Both the position numbers and the translations under genes were made by a program. A stretch of DNA of 40,867 nucleotides from Bdellovibrionales bacterium (GTDB lineage: Bacteria; Bdellovibrionota; Bdellovibrionia; Bdellovibrionales; JAMPXM01). The notes beneath the pieces are model-generated. The model did not search any database. It saw only the letters and a program-made list of their open reading frames with translations, and was not told where the DNA came from. Positions 1-9,860 of this stretch are shown piece by piece (positions within the stretch are counted from its first letter, which is position 1; each line of letters opens with the position of its first letter). Where the stretch lies: contig JAYUEN010000270.1 of assembly GCA_043739185.1 (NCBI GenBank), positions 1-40,867 of the forward strand, in the 5' to 3' direction.

Positions 1-1
1 G

Positions 2-72
2 AATGTACCTGCTTAGTTTTGGAGGCGCGGCGTATTGAACGCCGTGCGCCTCCAAAACTAAGCAGGTACATT
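2..72. repeat. Long inverted repeat/hairpin: 27-bp perfect arms plus a 5-bp inner stem
   Basis: 2..28 AATGTACCTGCTTAGTTTTGGAGGCGC is the exact reverse complement of 46..72. The inner stem is GGCGT/ACGCC around loop ATTGA, with a GT bulge. Confidence 0.95.
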
Positions 73-1087
73 ATGGCCCCCTCCTCAGCACGGTATGGCC
101 TAAAAACATTGAAATAAAAATGAGAGAAATTCCTAGCTTTAAGAACTTTTGATAATGCTCTTCGTATTTGACATAGGTTTGAGATTCAACCTTAGATTTT
201 TCGAGTTTATCAATATTTTCAAAAACCCTGCGCAATTTATTTCCGGAATCAGCTTTGTAGTATTCGCCTCCGGTTTCGGTCGCCATTTTTTTTAAAAGAG
301 CATCATTTACAGAGCTATGAATTGGTTGATAGCGTTTGACGGCGCGGCCGAAGGCGTCTTGACCATAAATGGGTAGCATCGATTCGCCGTCTTTACCTAA
401 GCCAATTGTATAGATGCGAAGTCCAAAGCCTTTTGCGATTTCAAGCGCACTTTCGGGATCGATCATTCCCATATTATTTTCTCCATCGGTTGCGAGAATG
501 ATGACTCGCGAGCGGGCGGTAGAGTCTTTAATGCGAGCTACACTCAAGGCTAAAGCCGAGCCAATTGCGGTTCCGTCCCGAATATTGCGATTGATCGGGT
601 CAAGAGCTTTGATGTTCTTAATTAAAATTTCATGATCGAGAGTCATTGGCACACGTGAAAAGGCTTCGCCCTTAAAGGCGACTAAGCCGATACGATCACT
701 TGGGCGATCTTTAACGAAGTCGACTAAAACCTTTTTGGCGGCGTCGATGCGACTCATGGGATCCATGTCCTCGATCATCATTGAGTCTGAGATATCAAGA
801 GTGAGCATGATGTCGATGCCTTCAGAAAAACGCTTCACTCTCTCGTCGCTTACTTGTGGCCGCGCAGTCGCAAGGATTACAAAAAATAGGCCAGAGGCAA
901 GAATAAACATTGGCAGCCAAGCAAGTCTTGCGCGCACCGAAGGCGAGATTTTTTTAATCAGCTTCAAATTACTAAATTGCAAACTGGTCGATTTGCTTTT
1001 GGCAAACCAAAGATTCACTAAAAATATCGCAACTAAAACGGGGATCAGCAAAAAAGCCCATGAGGATTCCCAAAGGTAATTTGTCAT
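71..1087 (-). CDS. batA: BatA-like VWA domain membrane protein
   Basis: N-terminal TM segments ending in LATARPQ, MIDAS DISDSM, DRIGLVAF, DGTAIGSAL, ILATDGENN, GLRIYTIG and a C-terminal TM helix. Confidence 0.85.
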   Translation of the reverse strand: MTNYLWESSWAFLLIPVLVAIFLVNLWFAKSKSTSLQFSNLKLIKKISPSVRARLAWLPMFILASGLFFVILATARPQVSDERVKRFSEGIDIMLTLDISDSMMIEDMDPMSRIDAAKKVLVDFVKDRPSDRIGLVAFKGEAFSRVPMTLDHEILIKNIKALDPINRNIRDGTAIGSALALSVARIKDSTARSRVIILATDGENNMGMIDPESALEIAKGFGLRIYTIGLGKDGESMLPIYGQDAFGRAVKRYQPIHSSVNDALLKKMATETGGEYYKADSGNKLRRVFENIDKLEKSKVESQTYVKYEEHYQKFLKLGISLIFISMFLGHTVLRRGP

Positions 1088-2382
1088 GTATTATCCTGAC
1101 CCAAGTCGAGATACATGGTTTGAATATCGGCATTGTATCCGAAAAGTTCTCCGTATCTGGCCCATTGAATGAGGGTTTCAAAGCTTGTGCTTGAATCTTC
1201 ATTTGGCTGCCATTCGTGCAGCAATTTGATAACATCATCGTAGTGGAGCGAATATTCTTCAGACTTACGCAGTTCTTCTTCAAGCATTTGACAGATTTTA
1301 AGACGACGAAGAGCTTCGTTGATAATTTTTTTGCGGCGATTGACGTCTCCATTTAAGAATTGCCGGCCAAGATCAGTCAGCACGATAAAGTTCTTAGGTG
1401 TATCAACTAGATCTAATATTTCTGCAGCTTTGGCTAAAAACAAAACTTGGGAGAAATCCTTTCCGAGATGGTTTGCCATTAAGAATGAATCGGCACGTCC
1501 GCCTTGACGAGCTATGACTTCGACCAAGCCAACCACTTCGTTGATTGGAACATTTGGAAGGGTTTCGACTGAAGAACTTAAGAGCGCAGGCGGCACCCAT
1601 TCTGGAGTATCGGGAATCAATAACTCTGTAATCACATCATGAAGATTTTCGACCAAGGCTTTGAAGCCATTGGTTTTTTCATCTCGTGGATAAGGCAAAT
1701 CATTTTTCACCATGACACGAATATGTCCGGGGTTAGTCCCCATTACCAAAATGCGTTTTCCGAGTGAGGCGGCTTCAATAATATTATGAGTGACCAAGAC
1801 GACGGTCTTTGCGCCTAACTGACCTGAGAGCCAAATATTTAAAACCTCTCGTCTGAGTGTTTCGGCAGTCAGTACATCGAGTGCTGAAAATGGTTCGTCC
1901 ATACAGAGTATTGGTCTTTGCATAGCAAGAGCTCGAGCAATTCCCACTCGTTGTTTCATTCCACCAGAAAGTTCTTTTGGATAGGCTTCTTCGAAACCTT
2001 CAAGGCCCACAATATCAATCGCTCGTTTGACCCGCTCTTTAGAATCTTCGGGGGATAACTTTAAGGACTCAAGACCTAGCTCGACATTTTCGTTCACCGT
2101 AAACCAAGGAAGTAAAGCAAAGGACTGAAAGACGAGACTGACTAAGGGATTGGCGCCATGAATCTCTACGTCGCCGGTTAAAACTTGCCCGCTTGATTGC
2201 TCTAAAAGGCCAGACAAAATACGAAGTAAAGTTGATTTGCCACTGCCACTGGGCCCAAGAATGGCGAGAATTTCTCCGTTATAAAGACTGAGATCAATGT
2301 CGGTTAAGACTTTAATTTTTTGGCCACTGTCGAGCACAAAGCTATGGCTTATGTTTTTAGCTTCTAAGACTGTTTTATCCAT
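1084..2382 (-). CDS. NitT/TauT-family ABC transporter ATP-binding protein with a C-terminal AAA-associated extension
   Basis: Walker A GPSGSGKS, signature LSGGMKQR, Walker B MDEPFSALD, H-loop LVTH, and a C-terminal domain with WARYGELF. Confidence 0.9.
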   Translation of the reverse strand: MDKTVLEAKNISHSFVLDSGQKIKVLTDIDLSLYNGEILAILGPSGSGKSTLLRILSGLLEQSSGQVLTGDVEIHGANPLVSLVFQSFALLPWFTVNENVELGLESLKLSPEDSKERVKRAIDIVGLEGFEEAYPKELSGGMKQRVGIARALAMQRPILCMDEPFSALDVLTAETLRREVLNIWLSGQLGAKTVVLVTHNIIEAASLGKRILVMGTNPGHIRVMVKNDLPYPRDEKTNGFKALVENLHDVITELLIPDTPEWVPPALLSSSVETLPNVPINEVVGLVEVIARQGGRADSFLMANHLGKDFSQVLFLAKAAEILDLVDTPKNFIVLTDLGRQFLNGDVNRRKKIINEALRRLKICQMLEEELRKSEEYSLHYDDVIKLLHEWQPNEDSSTSFETLIQWARYGELFGYNADIQTMYLDLGQDNT

Positions 2383-2400
2383 AATGAATTCCTAAGCAAA

Positions 2401-4182
2401 TTACCTATCATATTTAAAGCGATTTTCAGCAATATAATAAAGCTGATGCCAAACACTGCGGTTGAGTCCTATCACAGTTGAGCACATAACAAGTAAGCAG
2501 CCGGTAAGCATAGCAAAATCTCCTGAGTCGGTGGCCTTTGAAATCATGGCGCCCAAGCCCAGAGTTGAAAGAGTTTTGCCTCCGTACTGAAAGTATTCGG
2601 CAACGATACTTGCATTCCAGGCGCCGCCCGCAGAAGTAACCCAGCCGGTAACTGTAGCTGGGAAAACCGAGGGCAAATAAAGTTTCTTCCATTTTGAAAT
2701 GCGCGATAGGCCCATGAGATTTACGGTATCACGCAATTCTTGAGAAATGGTACTTGCGCCTGCCAGCACATTAAAAAGCACATACCACTGCACACCCAAA
2801 AGCATTAAAAACATTGAACCAAAGCCAAAGCCGATATGAAGCTGAGTTAAAACCAACATGACCAGGGGATAAAGCATTGGGGCCGGAAAACTTGCCGCTA
2901 CCTGCACAATAGGTTGAAAAAACTTAGTAAGTTTTGGAGAAGAGCCAATCCAAATTCCGACTGGAATGGCCCATAAAGAGGCGAGTACAATTGAAGCAAC
3001 CACTCGCGAGGTTGTGGCAAGGGTCCCTAAACCAATTTGCTTCCATTGAGAAATATTTAAAGGGCGCACCAATTCATAAACATAAATCATGCCGACTAAC
3101 AACAAAGTCACAATCAATGCCTGTGGAAGTTTATCAGTTACCGATTCAGGTATATATTTTCCGATTTTTACAATTCTCAACGCCCATCGCCTAGTATGTC
3201 GATTGCTCACTTTTAAGTTTGAAATTTTTCGCGGGATAATGGGAGAAGAAATATTTGGAGTTTTTCGCCAATTTGAAAACTCATCATACTTTAAAATAAA
3301 CCAATTAACTAAGTTTGAATCCTTAAGCAGTAACATCACAAAGGGAATATCTTTGGTCTGATCTTGCGCATCTTCAAGTCTAAATTTTTGGCTCCAAGCT
3401 AGGATTGGCCTCCAGAACAGAAAATCGATTGTAACAATGACTAACATCATCGCAAGCACACCGGCCCACATCGCGACAGTATCTTGTTTGTCTATGGCCA
3501 GCTTCATATAAGAGCCAAGACCAGGCAGAACAAAATTTCGATCACTTAAACTAAAAGATTCGCAGATGGTTAAGAAAAACCAGCCGCCCGCCATCGACAT
3601 CAAGCTATTCCAGAGTAGGTTGGTGAAGGAATAGGGGAGTTCAATGGTTTTTAATTTTTTGAGCCAACCCAGATTCAAAACTTGAGCGAGCTCATGAAAT
3701 TGAGTGGGGACGGCTTTTAGCGAGGCGTAATAGCTAAAGGTCATATTCCAAACCTGCCCAGTAAAAATCATGATAATACAGGCGAGTTCAAGTCCGAGGT
3801 TATTTTTAGGAAAAAGGCTGATCAGTCCTAAAACCAAGCCCGGCAGAAAGCCTACAACGGGAATACTTTGGCCGATATCTAAGAGCGGTAAAATGATTTT
3901 TTCTGCGGTTTTATTTTTGGCGGCAAAATATCCAAAAACCAAAGTAAAGACCAACGAGCAAAAGTAAGCAATTAGGGCGCGAATGAGTGAGTAAAATGAA
4001 TACTTAGGCAAAGCACTTAAAGAGAGTTCAATTGCAACATTGGTTTGAAGCGGGCTTATCCAATGTCTGGCCAGAGATACGAAGAAATATAAAAACACTA
4101 AAAAAATAGCAAGCAGGAGTAGATCCATCCACAAATTTCGTACGCTGGATAATCGAATATCTACTTCGCTAGAGCGGTACAT
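2401..4182 (-). CDS. NitT/TauT-family ABC transporter permease with two fused TM domains
   Basis: 593 aa, highly hydrophobic, two BPD_transp_1-like halves (LDIGQSIPVVGF; GGAWNASIVAE), directly upstream of the ATPase. Confidence 0.88.
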   Translation of the reverse strand: MYRSSEVDIRLSSVRNLWMDLLLLAIFLVFLYFFVSLARHWISPLQTNVAIELSLSALPKYSFYSLIRALIAYFCSLVFTLVFGYFAAKNKTAEKIILPLLDIGQSIPVVGFLPGLVLGLISLFPKNNLGLELACIIMIFTGQVWNMTFSYYASLKAVPTQFHELAQVLNLGWLKKLKTIELPYSFTNLLWNSLMSMAGGWFFLTICESFSLSDRNFVLPGLGSYMKLAIDKQDTVAMWAGVLAMMLVIVTIDFLFWRPILAWSQKFRLEDAQDQTKDIPFVMLLLKDSNLVNWFILKYDEFSNWRKTPNISSPIIPRKISNLKVSNRHTRRWALRIVKIGKYIPESVTDKLPQALIVTLLLVGMIYVYELVRPLNISQWKQIGLGTLATTSRVVASIVLASLWAIPVGIWIGSSPKLTKFFQPIVQVAASFPAPMLYPLVMLVLTQLHIGFGFGSMFLMLLGVQWYVLFNVLAGASTISQELRDTVNLMGLSRISKWKKLYLPSVFPATVTGWVTSAGGAWNASIVAEYFQYGGKTLSTLGLGAMISKATDSGDFAMLTGCLLVMCSTVIGLNRSVWHQLYYIAENRFKYDR

Positions 4183-4201
4183 GAATGCGACTCTCTTTAA
4201 T

Positions 4202-4231
4202 AAAAAAAGCGAGCCAATAGGACTCGCTTTT
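4202..4231 (-). terminator. Intrinsic terminator downstream of the hydrolase gene
   Basis: Minus strand AAAAGCGAG-TCCTATTGG-CTCGCTTTTTTT: a stem-loop followed by a U tract, 15 nt after the stop. Confidence 0.75.
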
Positions 4232-4246
4232 AACAGTTATACAAGC

Positions 4247-5242
4247 TTATCTTAAGCGTGCAACAATCGCATTTAGAATTTCATTAAAATGCACAGTTAC
4301 AGCACCTAAAATTGTTTGGTCATGTGAAGCACGAACATCGAGATGTTCTGGGTTCCCAAGTCTGCTCCAGAGTTCGAGCTGATTTTCAGCAGGGACATAG
4401 ACATCATCAAGATTCATTAACATAAAATACTTTGAAGTCGCTGGCGTTCGCGCCATTAAAATCGGATCGTAATTGATATTTGCTCTGAGATAATCCTCAT
4501 AAGCTGAAAGGCTAGTATTATTAATTGCTTTCATACGCATTTCGCGTAAGCGTACCGGAAATTTTTGCTGACTATTTGTTAAAATAGCAGGCATATTGCC
4601 AGCTGTTGCAATCAAGGCCACTGCTTTAATGCGAGAATCAACGGCGGCTAAAAGGCTCATGGTAAATCCGCCCAAACTTAGGCCGTATCCGGCAATCTTT
4701 TTTGCATCTACTTGCGGATGACTTTCAAGCAGGTCAAGCAAGGTTCTCAAATCAATTAGTGCTGATCGGTTCATGCGATCATGCATTTCCCAGTCAGGCA
4801 AACTTGCTGGAGCCGCAGTTGAATTAACATCTGCTATGACTGAAACCATATTGGTCATACAAAAACGATAGGCAACGCTATTTTCAATTACAGTTCGACC
4901 CAAAATTGTCGGAATAATAATCACAGCTGGCAACTTGACACTGACCGCGGGTCGATAAATTGCAACCTGCAAATTATGACTGATATTGGTGACGGGATCG
5001 CGAACTTCGAACTGGGTTTCATCAATCACACAGCCTTGAAAATACTGTGTAGAAATGAGTTTTACAGTCTTGGGATCTAGACTTGAATAGCGAAGTTCAT
5101 TGAGGCGAAGTAGATATTGGATGAGATTCAAGGGTTCTAAAGGCTTTGCACTTACAATTTGCGCGCTTAAAATGACGACAACAAAAGCTAGAATCCATTC
5201 TCTTGGTTTGAATTGAAACAAAAATCCATTTCTTGTTTTCAT
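4247..5242 (-). CDS. Secreted alpha/beta-fold hydrolase
   Basis: Signal peptide, nucleophile elbow GLSLGG after VDAKKIAGY, candidate Asp (DDVYVP) and His (ASH). Confidence 0.8.
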   Translation of the reverse strand: MKTRNGFLFQFKPREWILAFVVVILSAQIVSAKPLEPLNLIQYLLRLNELRYSSLDPKTVKLISTQYFQGCVIDETQFEVRDPVTNISHNLQVAIYRPAVSVKLPAVIIIPTILGRTVIENSVAYRFCMTNMVSVIADVNSTAAPASLPDWEMHDRMNRSALIDLRTLLDLLESHPQVDAKKIAGYGLSLGGFTMSLLAAVDSRIKAVALIATAGNMPAILTNSQQKFPVRLREMRMKAINNTSLSAYEDYLRANINYDPILMARTPATSKYFMLMNLDDVYVPAENQLELWSRLGNPEHLDVRASHDQTILGAVTVHFNEILNAIVARLR

Positions 5243-5395
5243 ATATGCCCTTTATAAAATTTTAGTTAAAAATGATCATTTCTCGATTAATTACCAGTGA
5301 CAAAATGCTTTCCTAAGTCTCTGATAATGTCAATGTTTGATCGCTTAAAGCTTAAGGTCAATTGAATAAAGTTAATTGAAAAAGGCGGGGAGTTA

Positions 5396-6466
5396 ATGAA
5401 TCTAATTGAACTCAATAGCAGTTATGAACGCTGGCTTCGGAAGCAAGTTCCTATCATCGAAATTGATTTGCAACTCAAACACGAACGCATGCGATCGAGT
5501 CCCTTTCCTTTTTTAAGGGCAAGTTTTTTTAGATGGTGTGATCTTTGGCTTAAAAATATGAAAGTATTTGAAAAAGCCCCAAAGATTTTATGTATTGGTG
5601 ATCTTCATATCGAGAATTACGGAACATGGCGAGATCTTGAAGGCAGACTCATCTGGGGTATTAATGATTTTGATGAAGCCTATGAGATGCCTTATGCAAT
5701 TGATTTGGTACGACTTGGAACCAGTGCTTTAATAGCAAGTTCTTGCGATCATTTGAAGCTCAGTGCAGATGAAATCATGCAAAATATTCTGACGGGTTAC
5801 GAGGATGGTCTTAGACATGGTGGGCGTGCCTTTGTGCTTGAGGAATGTCATACGTTTTTAAGAGATCTTGCTCAACAGGCCCAGCATGAACCAAAATTAT
5901 TCTATCAGAAAATAGATGAACTCTTTCCTTCAAATGTAAAGGCCCCTGCAATATTAAAAAAGTTGCTGATTGCGACTTTACCGAAAGGTGCCACGGATTT
6001 CAGTTTTGCGCACAGACCGGCAGGACTCGGGAGTTTGGGTCGTGCACGCTTTATCGTGAAGGCTCAGCTAAACGGCGGTTTTGTGGTTCGCGAGATTAAA
6101 GCTTTGGCGCCTGCGGCCTATAGTTGGATCTTGAACAAGCCATCCAAAGTGCTTAAATGTCAGAAACTCATTGAGTCCTCGGTTCGAATGCCAGATCCGA
6201 TTTTAAGTTTTAAAAAGAATTGGGTGATAAGAAGACTGGCGCCTCATTGTACCAAAATTGAGGTTTCAAGACTGGATCGCAAATTAGACGAGCTGAAGCT
6301 CATGCATTCAATGGGCTATGAACTTGCAAATATTCATATGAAATTCAAAAATGTGATCTTAAGCGATTTTAAACAGCGTAAGAAATCAGAGTGGATAAAA
6401 GCAGTGGAGCTCATGACTGAGCTCACACTTAAAGACTGGCAGGATTGGACAAAACAGAAGTCTTAA
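5396..6466 (+). CDS. DUF2252 family protein (kinase-like fold)
   Basis: MRSSPFPFLRA, IGDLHIENYG, WGINDFDEA, DLVRL and AGLGSLG motifs. Confidence 0.85.
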   Translation: MNLIELNSSYERWLRKQVPIIEIDLQLKHERMRSSPFPFLRASFFRWCDLWLKNMKVFEKAPKILCIGDLHIENYGTWRDLEGRLIWGINDFDEAYEMPYAIDLVRLGTSALIASSCDHLKLSADEIMQNILTGYEDGLRHGGRAFVLEECHTFLRDLAQQAQHEPKLFYQKIDELFPSNVKAPAILKKLLIATLPKGATDFSFAHRPAGLGSLGRARFIVKAQLNGGFVVREIKALAPAAYSWILNKPSKVLKCQKLIESSVRMPDPILSFKKNWVIRRLAPHCTKIEVSRLDRKLDELKLMHSMGYELANIHMKFKNVILSDFKQRKKSEWIKAVELMTELTLKDWQDWTKQKS

Positions 6467-6468
6467 AA

Positions 6469-7065
6469 CTACTTTTGATTCACAGTTAAAAGTAGAACTT
6501 TAGTTTGCGCATTTTTGTAAACTAAATCTTCCACACAATTGCGTTCTGGTTCGCCACTTTCGCCAAAGACGCGGCAAATTTTAGAGCGCTTCATGTCTAC
6601 GATTTGAATGGTTTTAGAAGTACCAGCAACACTCAAGTTAAGGTGATTTCTAGCGAAATCTCTTTGGATAGTTGAGAAAGGGTGCTTCCAGCCTGGATAT
6701 ACAGACATCAAGACAGAAACTTGTTGGTTAGAAAAATTGGTAAGCTCGAGTACTACCGAAGTATATTGAGGTTTGCCGCCTTCATCCATAAACATTGGGT
6801 CAACATAAGAAATATTGGCGCGAATTGCGGGAGCAGACTCAAGGACTACAGTTTCACTGCAAACGCGTCCGGCTTCACCGCCAGAATTACAATTTGGAAT
6901 TTCTCGAGTCATGGTTTTAGTTGGTAAGATGACATATTCGGCATCTACTAGCTGAACATTGCGAACATTGGCAGGAAGTTCAATTTGGTTGTAAAATTGA
7001 ATGCCGCTTGCTCCGGCCTGTTGAATAAAAAATAAAATCCCCAGTGCGATCGCTGTTTTCATCAT
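6469..7065 (-). CDS. Hypothetical secreted protein (~198 aa, 4 Cys)
   Basis: Start moved to ATG 7065, which follows an AAAGGAG RBS and gives the signal peptide MMKTAIALGILFFIQQAGA. Confidence 0.7.
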   Translation of the reverse strand: MMKTAIALGILFFIQQAGASGIQFYNQIELPANVRNVQLVDAEYVILPTKTMTREIPNCNSGGEAGRVCSETVVLESAPAIRANISYVDPMFMDEGGKPQYTSVVLELTNFSNQQVSVLMSVYPGWKHPFSTIQRDFARNHLNLSVAGTSKTIQIVDMKRSKICRVFGESGEPERNCVEDLVYKNAQTKVLLLTVNQK

Positions 7066-7267
7066 AAATCTCCTTTGTTTGGTTTTGCGTTCTGAGCCCT
7101 CTCTCTTAAACCTATTTTCGGAATTAATGAATAGAAAAAAATCATTTTGACAATGGGATGCGCCAAAATAAATAAATTTAAATTGAGTCACAAATGAAAA
7201 AGAGCTTGAAAAATAACGAGCAAATGCGTAAATCTTTGTCTTCAATTGTTTTAATTAGGGACCTTTC

Positions 7268-7522
7268 ATGAGCTTTGATAGTTATCTGAAGATTGCTTGG
7301 GATACCCACGCCACAAATGCTCAAAAATTAGCAGATGAGTTCACTGAAAAAATGGCGCTAGTTGAAAGCAATGAGCAAATTGCACAATTTGCAGCGCTTA
7401 TTACTCATATATTTGGTGAGCATTTGGGTCTTTGGGGAGACGGAATTTCGACTCTCAGATTGCTTAAAAATAATGCTAATCTAAAAGCTCAGAGTGAAAC
7501 TGAAAAGCTCTTCAAAGTTTAA
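7268..7522 (+). CDS. Short helical hypothetical protein, possibly a truncated gene
   Basis: 84 aa with protein-like composition and an AGGGA RBS. Its last codons overlap the 3' end of the convergent apbE. Confidence 0.5.
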   Translation: MSFDSYLKIAWDTHATNAQKLADEFTEKMALVESNEQIAQFAALITHIFGEHLGLWGDGISTLRLLKNNANLKAQSETEKLFKV

Positions 7523-8573
7523 TGAGCTTGAGTGCCTGACCCCATTGCGTTTTTTCAGTAGATAGGCCTTTTGACATTATGATCTGACGTTTTGGATTAA
7601 CAATTAAAACTTCAACACCCTGACTTTCGGCGTAAGTTTTGCCCTTTTCTCCACCCAGAATGAAGGCACCATCGTCTACAAAATCACAAAGCGTTGCGGT
7701 TTTACCCACACAAGTAACTTGAATTGATTGCTCAGCGCTATAGCCGGTTTTTGGATCAATAATATGATGGTAGAGCCTGCCGTTTTTATAAAAAGATTTT
7801 TCGGTGTCGCCAGCAGTTGTGACTGAAACATCAGTGGCATACAATTTATAGATAAAATCTTTGCGTAAAGGGTCAGGATTCATGGGTCTGGGGTCACCCA
7901 CTGCAATTACCCAGAGCTTACCGTTTGGTTTGACACCCCAGACACGAACGGCTCCGCTGGCATCAATATAGCCAGATTTTATTTTTCGCGGTTTTAGGAG
8001 CTCATATACTTTATCTACGGCCCAGCCTTCGCCCATTCCACCCAAACCGATTTTCATTCCCTTGTTTTTGAGAAAAACTGTTTTTTGGGTTTCATCTAGA
8101 ATAATGTTTTTGTAATTTACCAAAGGCAAAAGGCGTTTGATTTCGTCCTCAGTCGGGAAGCGCTCTGCACCTTTCTTCCAGCTATAAAGGCCAAAGAATG
8201 CATTGAAGCTAATGTCAAATGCGCCGCTCGTGAGTTCACTGTGATGTATCGACTGTTTGATTGTTTCAAAGGCTTCGTCGCTTACTTTAATGGCCTTAAC
8301 TCCAGCTGAACTATTAATTTGCGAAATCAGACTTTCTGGTTTCCATTCGCTCATCCATTCATCAATGCGATGAATTTCTAAGAAGGCATCAGCCATCGCT
8401 CGCCGTAATTCTCCGGGCGTCTTTTCATTATCGAAAAGGCAAAGCGTCCAGGGAAGAGTCATGATCGATTGGGTTTCGCAAATTTCTCCAGCATCTAAAG
8501 CAAATGCTTTGAAATTTAAAATTAAAACTAAAATTAAGATTGCAATTTGAGACATTAAGGCAAATTTGAGCAT
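7512..8573 (-). CDS. apbE: FAD:protein FMN transferase
   Basis: MSEWKPESLISQIN, SGAFDIS, YHHIIDPKTGY; the usual motifs appear as variants (IGLGGMGEGWAVD, VTTAGD). Confidence 0.88.
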   Translation of the reverse strand: MLKFALMSQIAILILVLILNFKAFALDAGEICETQSIMTLPWTLCLFDNEKTPGELRRAMADAFLEIHRIDEWMSEWKPESLISQINSSAGVKAIKVSDEAFETIKQSIHHSELTSGAFDISFNAFFGLYSWKKGAERFPTEDEIKRLLPLVNYKNIILDETQKTVFLKNKGMKIGLGGMGEGWAVDKVYELLKPRKIKSGYIDASGAVRVWGVKPNGKLWVIAVGDPRPMNPDPLRKDFIYKLYATDVSVTTAGDTEKSFYKNGRLYHHIIDPKTGYSAEQSIQVTCVGKTATLCDFVDDGAFILGGEKGKTYAESQGVEVLIVNPKRQIIMSKGLSTEKTQWGQALKLIKL

Positions 8574-8611
8574 AAGATTGGTCTATGCTCAAAGCCTTTT
8601 TGGGAACATTA

Positions 8612-9784
8612 TTATTTAATCGTAGTTGGGTCAAAATTGATTGCGATATTTGCACCTTGTGGAGGAATCGAAGAGCCGTGAAAAACAATTGAATTGGCGG
8701 TTGAATTATAAGTCCAACCATTCACGACATCCTGTGAAATCGAAGCACCATTAACCACTACTGTAATCGAAGCAAGTATCGGAGTGCGTTGCAAAAAGAA
8801 TTGTGAGCTGAGCTCTAAGATATTTTCTTGAATTTTGGTGAGAGTGGCCGCGAAGTTTGTATCGCAAAGGCTGCCAACCGTACCATTGGTCTGAGCTGCG
8901 ATATCCATATAACGTTGACCAACAATTGAGTTTGGTGAGCCGGCGGCATTCTGCGCTGATTGGCAAGCGCTATCTAAAACCGAAATTGCTGATACATTAT
9001 AGTGTCTATTTGAAGGCGTGCTACTAGTAAAAGTATCGAGATACGAAATATAAGTGGCCACTGAGTCAAGCGTCGGCGCCATATAGCTATGATCAGGAAC
9101 ATAACGCGCTGCAAATTGCGCATTAGTTTCTCCCGGCAACTGCCCAATCCAGCTGCCTTCAATTCTTGAATCTCCGCTAAAGTCATCTTCATCAGACAAA
9201 ATGATAACTGCTAGATATGCATCAGGTCTGTGAAAGCCAGCATTTTGTGAGTTATTGAGCGTGATTTGCAAACTTCGAAAAGCACGCTCGTCACCACTTC
9301 CTTGGTCCCCTTGGTAAGCATTGGTAATAAAGGTATTGATCAAATCAGGCACGCCCGGAATGATTGTAAAAATTCCGGAATATTTTGAATAAGAAACGGT
9401 AGAGGTAGGGCGTCCGTAAGCATCTAGTTGATAAAGAGTGGCGCCATTACGAAATTTAGAATAGGCGACATTATTGGTATAATTAGATCCCGCAAGATAA
9501 GCCTCGGTTGTAGTTACTGCCAATTTAAAATCTAAATTTTTAGACTGAAAATTAGTCATAAAGGCTGCAATATTACTTAAAATATTATCTTGGGCAGGTA
9601 TCATTGATGGTGAATTGTCTACGACCCATAAAAGATCTACCTTATTGCTGGTTGATGAATTTGACTGTTGAAAGTTTTGGCTTGCTGGCAGTAATGAAAA
9701 ACTAGACTGATTGCTCGTGCATGCAGTCAAGGCTAGAGCTGAAACCGACACCACCATCTTCAATAATTGGGTACCTAATTTCAT
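8612..9784 (-). CDS. VWA-like lipoprotein
   Basis: ATG 9784 after GGAG, lipobox LTA-C, MIDAS-like VDNSPSM, LAVTTT, GSGDERA, IILSDEDD and a beta-rich C-terminus. Confidence 0.8.
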   Translation of the reverse strand: MKLGTQLLKMVVSVSALALTACTSNQSSFSLLPASQNFQQSNSSTSNKVDLLWVVDNSPSMIPAQDNILSNIAAFMTNFQSKNLDFKLAVTTTEAYLAGSNYTNNVAYSKFRNGATLYQLDAYGRPTSTVSYSKYSGIFTIIPGVPDLINTFITNAYQGDQGSGDERAFRSLQITLNNSQNAGFHRPDAYLAVIILSDEDDFSGDSRIEGSWIGQLPGETNAQFAARYVPDHSYMAPTLDSVATYISYLDTFTSSTPSNRHYNVSAISVLDSACQSAQNAAGSPNSIVGQRYMDIAAQTNGTVGSLCDTNFAATLTKIQENILELSSQFFLQRTPILASITVVVNGASISQDVVNGWTYNSTANSIVFHGSSIPPQGANIAINFDPTTIK

Positions 9785-9832
9785 AAAAACTCCTCTGGTA
9801 AAGCAAAAGGCCATAAACGTCCATACATTAAC

Positions 9833-9860
9833 TATTCGGACTAAGGTCTGGTCCCATAAA
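9833..9860 (-). promoter_or_regulatory. Candidate sigma28 (FliA)-type promoter of the lipoprotein gene
   Basis: Minus strand TTTATGGG-N12-TCCGAATA. The -10 octamer is the same as the one at 28302..28309. Confidence 0.35.

Noticed and set aside
1..72. CRISPR repeat or tRNA
   Set aside because: It is a single palindrome with no repeat-spacer array and no cloverleaf.
7066..7245. Long N-terminal extensions given by the ORF track (also at 9814, 10009, 16391, 17460, 25841, 28096 and 28294)
   Set aside because: Downstream ATGs fit the RBS, signal peptide or family N-termini better.
7512..9784. The lipoprotein as the ApbE flavinylation target
   Set aside because: No [ST]GA[ST] flavinylation motif is found; DDFSGDS does not fit.
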